NCBI GenBank assembly: GCA_028282505.1
Contig: JANQHV010000129.1
Location: forward strand, 1-62,506
DNA: 62,506 nucleotides
From: SAR324 cluster bacterium
GTDB lineage: Bacteria > SAR324 > NAC60-12
Direction: 5' to 3'
This document shows, one piece after another, positions 10,800 to 19,105 of the stretch (position 1 is its first letter; every line of letters begins with the position of its first letter). A model generated the notes under the pieces. It was not told the DNA's origin and searched no databases. It worked only from the letters and a program-made list of their open reading frames with translations. Position numbers and translations under genes: made by a program.

Positions 10800-11555
10800 A
10801 TGGCAGAAAAAACCATTACTATACAGATTAAACGCCAAGACAGCAGAGACAGTGCTCCCTACTGGCAAACCTTTGAAGTTCCGTATAAACCGAATTCCAA
10901 TGTCATTTCCTGCTTGATGGATATTCAAAGAAAACCGGTCACTAAAGATGGGCAGCATGTCGCCCCTGTGATTTGGGAGTGCAACTGTCTGGAAGAAGTG
11001 TGTGGAGCATGTACGATGGTCATCAATGGTCGTGTCCGACAATCGTGCAGTGCCTTGATTGATACCCTGACACAGCCGGTTCGTTTGCAACCAATGAGCA
11101 AATTTCCAGTTGTTCGGGATTTGGCAGTGGACCGCTCACGAATGTTTGAGGGCTTGAAGAAAGTCAAAGCCTGGATGCAAGTGGATGGATATCATGATTT
11201 GGGCTCGGGAGAGAGAATCTCAGAAAAGAATCAAGGCATCGCCTATAAGCTTTCTGAATGCATGACCTGTGGTTGTTGTATGGAAGCCTGTCCACAATTC
11301 ACATTAACCAATAATTTCATAGGAGCAGCTCCCATCAGTCAAGCTCGGCTGTTCAACATGAATCCTGTGGGCAAGTTTATTGCGGAACAACGGCTTGAAC
11401 CTCTAATGGATGCTGGTGGCATTGGAGATTGTGGAAATGCGCAAAATTGTGTAGAGGCTTGTCCCAAATCCATTCCTTTGACAGAGTCGATTGCAGAGAT
11501 GGGCAAACAGGCTTCTATTCAAATGTTCAAAAACATTTTCCAGAAGCGTTCATAG
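10800..11555 (+). CDS. sdhB: Succinate dehydrogenase/fumarate reductase iron-sulfur subunit
   Basis: Cys clusters CNCLEEVCGACTMVING, CMTCGCCMEACP and CGNAQNCVEACP. The start could also be 10788. Confidence 0.9.
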   Translation: MAEKTITIQIKRQDSRDSAPYWQTFEVPYKPNSNVISCLMDIQRKPVTKDGQHVAPVIWECNCLEEVCGACTMVINGRVRQSCSALIDTLTQPVRLQPMSKFPVVRDLAVDRSRMFEGLKKVKAWMQVDGYHDLGSGERISEKNQGIAYKLSECMTCGCCMEACPQFTLTNNFIGAAPISQARLFNMNPVGKFIAEQRLEPLMDAGGIGDCGNAQNCVEACPKSIPLTESIAEMGKQASIQMFKNIFQKRS

Positions 11556-11562
11556 CGAATAG

Positions 11563-13035
11563 TTAAAAGAGACCTCCTGCAAATCTTCCTTGTATGAGGT
11601 CTTGCAACTCATAGACAGTACGCAGGGAATCTCGCAAAAAACGTCCTTGGAGAGGATTCAAATCACGGAAACTGATCATGTTATCAGTCCTCACACTATC
11701 TACCTGCCTGGCAAAATCCTGCCGGATTCTTAATAATAAAATAAAATCATAGGCTTCTCTCACGGCTCCCACCACCTCAGGAGACAATAAACCTGCTTTC
11801 TCAATGACATCCAAGCGATCGAGGGAATGTGTGACAGGTGAACCACAGGTGAGGGCCAGAATCCGGATAGCTCTGACTAAGGGAGCCAGTGCTTCTCTTT
11901 TGATATCAATCGGAGGGGGAAACATTTCTATTATACGACGTAGTTTCCATTTCCAGTTCTTGACAGGAGGACGTCCGGCTTCCAACATGTTTTCCGTCAA
12001 AAACCGGAGAAAGCTTTTATTATTTCCAATGACTTGCAACAACCCTTCCCACAATTCATCAATAAATTTCTCTTGTCCATACAAAGCTCGAAAATCAAAA
12101 TAAGTGGAGGCTTTGAGAAGCGCTTCAGGTTCAGGGTTGAGCACTATGGAGTGAAAGAGTCGATGCCAGCGCTCTAAGGATAGACAAAGTTCCGGGTTAC
12201 TGGCCATGATGTTGCCATCACAACGAGGAAACCCACACATTTCTAAACCTCCCACTACTTTTTCAGCAAACTCCAAAAACCATTGCTGAACTTCTGTGAA
12301 CTGATCATCGGGAACGTTGGCAAAAACAATCCCATTATCCTGGTCTGTGCTCGAAGTCTGTTCTTTTCTGCCTTCACTCCCCATCGCCATCCAGGCGAAT
12401 TCGACAGGAGGGTCTCCTTTTCCTTCCTCCCGCATCTCCCTGATTGCATTTTCTATAATGGCTTCTGTAATGCGGTCATTGATTTCTGTCACAATCATGG
12501 TGAGTGACCGAGCGTCTCCTTCTTCTTCAAAGATGCTTTTAATGAGGACATGGGATTCTGTTTTTAATTCGGCAGCCGCAGAAATCGTAGAGGCTTCTTC
12601 AATAGCACGAAACAAATAGGCTGGATGACGTTCCTGGTATCGCACCCAGTCATGCTCTGAAATGATACCCACCATGGTTCCCTCCCCCATCACCAGAAGA
12701 TGGGTGATTTTATGGCGGAGCATCAACAGCAAGCCTTCAAAAATAGGCTGGTCGTACTCAATTGAAATGATCTGGGGACTCATTATTTCCTCAATCGGTA
12801 GACTGGTGTCTTTGCCAACAGCTAGGACACGTCTGACTAAATCGGTTTTAGTGACAATTCCAGAGGGCTGCCCTTTCTCCACAACAACTAAAGAACCGAT
12901 GGACTTTTTGGTCATTTTCTTGGCGGCCTCTTCAATGGAAGTTCCTTTACTGATGGTATGGACAGGCCCTTTGACCAGTTCATAGACAATACTGGAAAAA
13001 GGAGAAAAGGCTTTGGCGTGTACAGGAGTGCTCAT
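11563..13035 (-). CDS. CBS-pair plus DUF294-type putative nucleotidyltransferase
   Basis: N-terminal tandem CBS-like region, then the NTase signature GSEGRKEQTSSTDQDNGIVF (GS...DxD) and a helical C-terminal substrate-binding-like domain. Confidence 0.8.
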   Translation of the reverse strand: MSTPVHAKAFSPFSSIVYELVKGPVHTISKGTSIEEAAKKMTKKSIGSLVVVEKGQPSGIVTKTDLVRRVLAVGKDTSLPIEEIMSPQIISIEYDQPIFEGLLLMLRHKITHLLVMGEGTMVGIISEHDWVRYQERHPAYLFRAIEEASTISAAAELKTESHVLIKSIFEEEGDARSLTMIVTEINDRITEAIIENAIREMREEGKGDPPVEFAWMAMGSEGRKEQTSSTDQDNGIVFANVPDDQFTEVQQWFLEFAEKVVGGLEMCGFPRCDGNIMASNPELCLSLERWHRLFHSIVLNPEPEALLKASTYFDFRALYGQEKFIDELWEGLLQVIGNNKSFLRFLTENMLEAGRPPVKNWKWKLRRIIEMFPPPIDIKREALAPLVRAIRILALTCGSPVTHSLDRLDVIEKAGLLSPEVVGAVREAYDFILLLRIRQDFARQVDSVRTDNMISFRDLNPLQGRFLRDSLRTVYELQDLIQGRFAGGLF

Positions 13036-13140
13036 ATAATTCAGAATGAGAAATTCTAAAGGAAGAATCGAGTGAAGATGAATTACGAGGATTTCTTCTA
13101 TAGTAGTGAGATTTTGGTTTTGTTTGACACATTGAATGCC

Positions 13141-13265
13141 ATGTCACCCTGAGCGTAGTCGAAGGGTCTCTGAGATGCTTCGACTACGCTCAGCCTGACA
13201 GTTTTCGGGAGATTGTCTCATGGACAAAGAGGATGCCAAACAAAACCTAATTCACGGCACTATAT
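13141..13265 (+). repeat. Dispersed hairpin repeat, family 1, copy 2
   Basis: ATGTCACCC plus the same 15-bp-stem hairpin (13150-13192) and tail as positions 1-116. Outer TGTCA...TGACA symmetry. Confidence 0.85.
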
Positions 13266-13348
13266 ATACCTGTTATTTGGTATTTTCGATATATTTTTTT
13301 GAGGTTTTTACAATAAGATCTCCATGCCTGGTAACATTTCCGAAATGT

Positions 13349-13798
13349 TTATCCTTCCATTTCTCGATCTTTGATGCACATCATCGTAGCAACGATGGTG
13401 GCTATGGATTTTTCAGAATGCTCTTGTTGAGCGATAACTTCCCCAGAACACACCGTGATGTTTTGTCCTGGCTTAATGACATTTCCTTGGGCAATAAAGC
13501 GTGTCCCCGCAGCAGGAGAGAGTAAGTTGACTTTAAATTCTATCGTCAATACAGCAGCTGATGGCGGCATTAAGGACAACGCCGCATATCCGCACGCACT
13601 ATCGGCAATGGTGGCAATAACACCCGCATGAATGAATCCATGCTGTTGTCCTAGATTCTCCCGAAAGGGTAGAACTATTTCCACAAAGCCAGGCAACACT
13701 TGTGTCATTGTTGCACCCAATAAATCCATCACCTGTTGCCGCGCAAAACTGGCCCGTACCCGTGTTTCAAAATCGGGGTCTTTGGGTTCAAACTTCAT
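13349..13798 (-). CDS. PaaI-family hotdog-fold thioesterase
   Basis: 149 aa. GFIHAGVIATIADSACGYAA and the overall pattern are typical of PaaI/YigI-like thioesterases. Confidence 0.8.
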   Translation of the reverse strand: MKFEPKDPDFETRVRASFARQQVMDLLGATMTQVLPGFVEIVLPFRENLGQQHGFIHAGVIATIADSACGYAALSLMPPSAAVLTIEFKVNLLSPAAGTRFIAQGNVIKPGQNITVCSGEVIAQQEHSEKSIATIVATMMCIKDREMEG

Positions 13799-13936
13799 AA
13801 GATGAATTCCTCGACTCTGACAGTTTGTATAAAGGAGTTTTACATTACAGTATTCTTTTTGTAAGATACACAGGTTGCAAACTTATTTCTGTTTGTCTGT
13901 GAACAAAGATAAAAAAACCAAAATCAAAGGATTGCT

Positions 13937-14299
13937 ATGAAAAAAATTATCCTCCTTTTTGCCTTGGCGGCTATGGGTATTGCCGCACTGTTGGCAATTA
14001 ACCCTGAATTTCACTCTGAGGTGGAAGGCTTGTGGAGTAACCAGGAAGATGCTATCGAAAATCTTCAGAAAACACAAGAAACGGCATTGGAAAAAATGGA
14101 ACAACTGAAAGAGGTGAGTGGCGAAGTCTTCGAAAAAGGAAAGGAGGCATTGGAAGAAATGGAAAAATTGCAAGACGTCAGCCGAGAAGTTCTTGAAAAA
14201 GGACAGGAGGCCGTTGATCAGTTAAAAGGGATGGCTGAAGAGACGATGGAAAAAGCCAAAGATGCGACATCCGACGTCGAGAAACGCCTTAACAATTAG
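13937..14299 (+). CDS. Secreted Glu/Lys-rich coiled-coil protein
   Basis: Signal peptide MKKIILLFALAAMGIAALLA. Internal ~20-aa repeat (EKMEQLKEVSGEVFEKGKEA / LEEMEKLQDVSREVLEKGQEA). Ends 17 nt before the next gene. Confidence 0.5.
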   Translation: MKKIILLFALAAMGIAALLAINPEFHSEVEGLWSNQEDAIENLQKTQETALEKMEQLKEVSGEVFEKGKEALEEMEKLQDVSREVLEKGQEAVDQLKGMAEETMEKAKDATSDVEKRLNN

Positions 14300-14315
14300 T
14301 TCTATTGGAGAATTT

Positions 14316-16466
14316 ATGACGGAACTGTCCTCCATTACCGCATTGATCATCGATGATGAACCACAGATTTGTTACTTTTTTGTGGAAATATTAAAAAGGC
14401 AGGGAATTCAATCTTTCACAGCAGAAAATGGTCAACAAGCTCTAGAATTACTAGAACAGCAGAAAATCGATTTTATCATTACAGATGTCAAAATGCCTGT
14501 AATGGATGGCATTGAACTCACTAAAAAAGTGCGTCAGGATTATGAAGAACTTCCTATTGTGTTGATCAGTGGATATAGCAATGAAGATACGGTCATTATG
14601 GCTCTTCGGGCGGGAGCAAACAATTTCTTAAAAAAACCAATAGAGGCTCATGAGTTTTATAAAGTGGTTCTACCGATTGTACACACCATCGAACAAAAAA
14701 AATCCCAAGCCTTTGATTATAGCGTTGTCCGTCAATTATCCGATGAATTCTGTTTAACAAATGATATCACCTTGATTCCAGGATTGGTTGATTATTTATT
14801 ACAACACCTCAAAACAAGCCCTTACTCTTCACGATTACATGGGCTAAAAATTGCTCTTTATGAAATGATTGTCAACGCCATCGAGCATGGTAATTTGGAA
14901 ATTACGCAAGAAGACCAGGAAGAGGCTCTCGAAAAAGAGTGTTTTGAGGAATTGGTTCAGGAACGCCTTCAAGATCCAGATTACCAACACCGCCAAGTTT
15001 ATGTGCAATATGAATACAGCCCGATACAATTGTCCTGTACAATTGTCGATGAGGGCAAAGGTTTCGATTGGCGCCAATTCCCTAATGCACTCTCCGAAGA
15101 AACATTATTTTCAAAGAGAGGCCGTGGCATCATGATGGCCCAGATGTATTGTGATGAAGTACGCTATAATGAAAAGGGAAACCAGGTGACACTGATTATC
15201 AGGAATGAAAATGCCTCCCATGCTATACCAGAGAATATGTCATCATCTCTCAATAGCTGCCAAGCACACATTTTGGTTGTTGAGGATAATCCTCTCAACT
15301 TCGAGCACATCAAAGATGTGCTGGAGAAGTTGGGATATTCCTTTGGAGGACTCCCCCATCCTAACGATTTATTTATACTCCTAGAACATAAAGAACAAAA
15401 GAATAATCAATTTGATTTGATTTTAATGGACATCCACATGCCAGAAATCAACGGAATCATGCTGTTGAAACAACTCAAAGCACACTCTGTTTTCCAGAAA
15501 ATTCCAGTTATCATGCTAACGGGAGAAACGAATCACCAAACATTGGCTGAATGCTTTGAGCATGGCGCAGAGGATTTCATCAATAAACCAGTCAGTCCAT
15601 TAGTTCTAAAATCCCGGATTCAATCAGTGTTGAACAGGCAGAAATACATTCACCAAATCCAAAAAGTCAGTAGTGAACTGGCCACTCAATATGAACTCTT
15701 ATCTAAGACACAAATTGCTCTAGAAAAAAAACATCAACAAATTCAGGAAGATGTTTATCTGGCCGCCAACGTTCAAAAGGCAACTCTGCCTCCTCCACCA
15801 AACCTCCCATTCTTGAAAACATCCATTATTTTTCAACCGCGCAGTATTGTTTCTGGAGATATTTATTTCATGTCAGAAGATGATACGGGCAGTATGAGGA
15901 TTTTTTTAGGAGATGCAACCGGTCATGGGATCTCAGCAGCACTTTTAAGTATGTTGGTTCGTATGGGGTTGGAGCAAATTAAACTGGAGGATTCGTCTGA
16001 TAAAATTCTGAAACAACTGAATACACAACTCGCATCTTGTATTCCCAAAGATGACTACATTACTGGCATTTATTTAAAAATTACTCCACAAGGTGTTCTA
16101 AAAATCAGCAGTGCTGGCAACACACCTGGGGTTCTCCTATCTACTGCTCAGCAAGACATCACTTTTTTAACAGATGGAGGGCAGGCGCTTGGCATGTTTC
16201 CCCAAGAACGGATTCCTTATACAGAAGAAATCCATCATCTCAAACCAGGCGATAAAGTGCTGCTCTATACAGATGGTATTCTGGAATGGACAAACAAAGC
16301 CCATCAAGCATTTGGTATCGAACGCTTAGAAAACTATCTCATCCAACATAAAGAACAAGAAATCAATATCCTTTTAACAGGTTTGTTGGAATATTCACAG
16401 GAGTTTGCCCAACGGAACCCGTGCCAAGATGACCTGACACTATTGGGTTTCCAATTCCTCGGATAG
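14316..16466 (+). CDS. Partner-switching regulator: REC, RsbW-like Ser kinase (HATPase_c_2), REC, PP2C/SpoIIE phosphatase (HsbR/RsbU-like)
   Basis: REC1 (LIIDDEP ... ITDVKMPVMDG ... KKP). Kinase boxes EMIVNAIEHGN, DEGKGFD, GRGI. REC2 (ILVVEDNP ... LMDIHMPEING ... NKP). PP2C motifs VSGDIYF, GDATGHGISAAL, LYTDGI, QDDLTLL. GGAG lies upstream of ATG 14316. Confidence 0.85.
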   Translation: MTELSSITALIIDDEPQICYFFVEILKRQGIQSFTAENGQQALELLEQQKIDFIITDVKMPVMDGIELTKKVRQDYEELPIVLISGYSNEDTVIMALRAGANNFLKKPIEAHEFYKVVLPIVHTIEQKKSQAFDYSVVRQLSDEFCLTNDITLIPGLVDYLLQHLKTSPYSSRLHGLKIALYEMIVNAIEHGNLEITQEDQEEALEKECFEELVQERLQDPDYQHRQVYVQYEYSPIQLSCTIVDEGKGFDWRQFPNALSEETLFSKRGRGIMMAQMYCDEVRYNEKGNQVTLIIRNENASHAIPENMSSSLNSCQAHILVVEDNPLNFEHIKDVLEKLGYSFGGLPHPNDLFILLEHKEQKNNQFDLILMDIHMPEINGIMLLKQLKAHSVFQKIPVIMLTGETNHQTLAECFEHGAEDFINKPVSPLVLKSRIQSVLNRQKYIHQIQKVSSELATQYELLSKTQIALEKKHQQIQEDVYLAANVQKATLPPPPNLPFLKTSIIFQPRSIVSGDIYFMSEDDTGSMRIFLGDATGHGISAALLSMLVRMGLEQIKLEDSSDKILKQLNTQLASCIPKDDYITGIYLKITPQGVLKISSAGNTPGVLLSTAQQDITFLTDGGQALGMFPQERIPYTEEIHHLKPGDKVLLYTDGILEWTNKAHQAFGIERLENYLIQHKEQEINILLTGLLEYSQEFAQRNPCQDDLTLLGFQFLG

Positions 16467-16787
16467 TGCCTCTTCTTCGGTTTCATAAATCCGAATCATT
16501 CGATCCAGCCTCAGCGTTTTCAACACATTGAGACAATTGGAATTGACATTGGATATCACTAAGGCTTTTTGAAGCTCTTCGAGGGTTTGTAAAGTCGTAG
16601 CAATCACTCCCACTCCTTTAGAGTCAATGACCTCGATCTTATCCAAGTTCAGCAATAAGGTTTTGATATTGGAATCATTAATCAGAGGATTGAGGTATAT
16701 TTTAACCGCTTGATTTTCCTGCAATGCTAAATTGCCGATCAGGTTAACAACACACACATGCTTTTCGATACGATGGAACAGTTTCAT
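16440..16787 (-). CDS. STAS-domain anti-sigma-factor antagonist (HsbA/RsbV/SpoIIAA-like)
   Basis: 115 aa with the conserved phosphorylatable Ser context LDKIEVIDSKGVGVI. Lies 45 nt downstream of cheB on the same strand. Confidence 0.85.
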   Translation of the reverse strand: MKLFHRIEKHVCVVNLIGNLALQENQAVKIYLNPLINDSNIKTLLLNLDKIEVIDSKGVGVIATTLQTLEELQKALVISNVNSNCLNVLKTLRLDRMIRIYETEEEALSEELETQ

Positions 16788-16832
16788 GAATTCTCCTGAT
16801 TACTCGTCAATGTTTCGTTGTTTGAACTTATG

Positions 16833-17888
16833 TTAGCTTTTATTTTGGAGCAATTGTATCAAAGCAGCGGGAATGCCTCCCAGGGGCACCAAACGCTCTG
16901 CTCCCCCCCGGTGATAAGCTTCTTTAGGCATTCCAAACACAACACAACTTTGCTCATCCTGTGCCAGGGTGCGTGCTCCTGCCTGACGCATGGCCAACAT
17001 CCCATCAGCTCCATCACTGCCCATTCCAGTGAGCATGATACCAATGGCATTGGCCCCAGCGTACTTGGCGACTGATTGAAACAATACTTCAACGGAAGGA
17101 CAGTGTCCCATCACTTTTTCTCCAGGTTGACAACGTACCAGATAAATACCACCTGAGCGCTGGATGGTCATGTGTTGATCTCCCGGAGCCAGTAAAACAC
17201 GGCCCGGCAAAACACGGTCTCCACTTTGAGCTTCCTTGACATCCACAGCACATTGACTGTTAAGACGCTCTGCATAAGTCCTGGTAAATCCAGATGGCAT
17301 GTGCTGCACAATGACAACACCGGGGATAGTGGAGGGCAGTCGAGTCAGTACACGCACAAGTGCCTCCACCCCTCCAGTGGAGGCTCCAATAGCAATCACC
17401 TTATCCGTAGAAACGGCCAAAGCATGAGACTGAATTTTCTGGAGACTTTGTTCTTGCTGTTTACCCTTCCTTTTCCAGTGACTAACATCCACATTGGCTG
17501 CCATTTTGACTTTCGAACAAATCTCCTCCAGCATCATTTCCAAACCTCCAGCAACATTGACGCTGGGTTTGGTCACAAAATCAACCGCTCCCGCATCAAG
17601 AGCATCAAAGGTGAGGCGTTGTCCTTTCCCAGTTAATGCACTGACCATTACCACCGGCAGAGGAAATTGAGGCATCATGTGGCGCAGAAACTCCACTCCA
17701 TCCATTCGAGGCATTTCCACATCCAATGTCAGAACATCTGGTCGTAGCTTAAAAATTTTTTCCCTGGCAATATAAGGATCCATGGCCACCCCGACCACTT
17801 CAATCATCGGGTCTTTGTTCAACCCTTCACTTAAAATGCTTCGAACCAGTGCCGAATCATCAATGACCAGTACACGAACTTTTTTCAT
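16833..17888 (-). CDS. cheB: Chemotaxis response regulator protein-glutamate methylesterase
   Basis: N-terminal REC (VLVIDDS ... LTLDVEMPRMDG) plus the CheB catalytic domain (IGASTGG, GMGSDGA). Confidence 0.95.
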   Translation of the reverse strand: MKKVRVLVIDDSALVRSILSEGLNKDPMIEVVGVAMDPYIAREKIFKLRPDVLTLDVEMPRMDGVEFLRHMMPQFPLPVVMVSALTGKGQRLTFDALDAGAVDFVTKPSVNVAGGLEMMLEEICSKVKMAANVDVSHWKRKGKQQEQSLQKIQSHALAVSTDKVIAIGASTGGVEALVRVLTRLPSTIPGVVIVQHMPSGFTRTYAERLNSQCAVDVKEAQSGDRVLPGRVLLAPGDQHMTIQRSGGIYLVRCQPGEKVMGHCPSVEVLFQSVAKYAGANAIGIMLTGMGSDGADGMLAMRQAGARTLAQDEQSCVVFGMPKEAYHRGGAERLVPLGGIPAALIQLLQNKS

Positions 17889-17942
17889 TCTATCTATAGT
17901 TCTATAGAAAATTGCATTTATTTTGCTCTCTGTAGCAACTGG

Positions 17943-18126
17943 TATCTAGTATGGTGTGATTTTCTATTTTTGTCATTCTGGCGGCCCTCCGAAGCGGCTC
18001 GACCCGGAATCTAGGAGTATGCATCATTTTTCATTATCTGGATACCGGATCAAGTCCGGCATGACAAGTTATTGAAATTATTATATTTATTAAAGTAAAA
18101 TAGAGAAAATCACAAGATACTATCTA
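17943..18126. mobile_element. MITE-like nested inverted-repeat element with GC-rich core
   Basis: Imperfect ~28-bp terminal inverted repeats (17943-17970 vs 18097-18126, shared core GTGATTTTCT) enclose TTGTCATTCTGGCGG...CCGGCATGACAA and CCGG-rich hairpins. GC content contrasts with the AT-rich flanks. Confidence 0.5.
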
Positions 18127-18183
18127 AATTTGGGTATGATCATATTTTCGTCTGATAAACACTTTTCATATATTTGGCAGAAC

Positions 18184-18264
18184 TGCTCTCTGAGCTTGTC
18201 GCAGAGCAAACGCTGGTTTTGCTTTGGCAAGCTCAACAGGCAGAATGGCCAAAAATATGATCAA
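18184..18264 (+). repeat. Dispersed hairpin repeat, family 2, copy A (degenerate stem)
   Basis: TGCTCTCTGAGCTTGTCG...CAAGCTCAACAGGCAGAATGGCCAAAAATATGATCAA aligns to 27936-28033. Sits immediately after the cheR stop. Confidence 0.75.
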
Positions 18265-18268
18265 GCCC

Positions 18269-19090
18269 CTAAATTTTTTGATAAACGGAAGGAGCAATAT
18301 AGCGATAAGGGCAATCGGTTTTATCCAAAGATTCTGTCATTCCAATGAAAAGGTATCCTCCATCTTCTGTAACATCATAAAATTTTCGAATGAGCTGTTT
18401 AATAGTTTCACGATTAAAATAGATCATCACATTGCGACAAAAGATGGCAAAAAATTTTCCTTTAAATGGAAAGCTCGACTGAATCAGGTTACAGTAACTA
18501 AAATGTACCATCGCTCTGATCTCCGGTTTCACTTCCCATATTCCTTGTTTTTTTGGATTAAAATAATTCATGCGTATTATGGGAGGAACTTTTTTTAGTC
18601 GATCTGCTGGGTAATTTCCCCGGTAGGCTTCATTGAGCTTATTGCTATCAATATCGGTCGCCAATACAGCTGTATTCCACTGAGACGAAGAATCTTTAAA
18701 GAATTCCTGCAAAAGCATGCAAATGGAATACGCTTCTTCTCCCGCAGAACAACCCGCTGACCAGATATTAAGATTGGAGTCTTGATAAGTAAAAGGTCGG
18801 GCGGTTTTTTGGGGCAAAGCATGTCGCTGCAAAAAGTCAAAATGGTCTTCTTCCCGGAAAAAGTAACTGTAGTTGGTAGTAATCCGGTTGGCCAGTGTAG
18901 CTAATGCCTGACCCGTGGTATCTCCTTGCAGATAATAATAGTATTCACTGAAATTCTTAAATCCATGCTCATTGATTAACGGCTGCAAGCGGTTTAATAC
19001 CAATGCTTGTTTGTCGGGCCCCAGAGCGATTCCCAACTTGTTTTGAATCAGTTGAATCAGTTTTTGATATTCCCAATTTGAAATAGCCAC
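18269..19090 (-). CDS. cheR: Chemotaxis protein methyltransferase
   Basis: CheR N-terminal helical domain plus SAM-dependent methyltransferase (IWSAGCSAGEEAYS, FCRNVMIYF). Apparent GTG start 15 nt after the upstream MCP stop. Confidence 0.9.
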   Translation of the reverse strand: MAISNWEYQKLIQLIQNKLGIALGPDKQALVLNRLQPLINEHGFKNFSEYYYYLQGDTTGQALATLANRITTNYSYFFREEDHFDFLQRHALPQKTARPFTYQDSNLNIWSAGCSAGEEAYSICMLLQEFFKDSSSQWNTAVLATDIDSNKLNEAYRGNYPADRLKKVPPIIRMNYFNPKKQGIWEVKPEIRAMVHFSYCNLIQSSFPFKGKFFAIFCRNVMIYFNRETIKQLIRKFYDVTEDGGYLFIGMTESLDKTDCPYRYIAPSVYQKI

Positions 19091-19105
19091 ATTTAATTTT
19101 TGTTA

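Noticed and set aside
13220-13525. 101-aa plus-strand ORF
   Set aside because: It starts inside repeat family 1 copy 2 and overlaps antisense to the well-supported PaaI thioesterase gene. It has no motifs.
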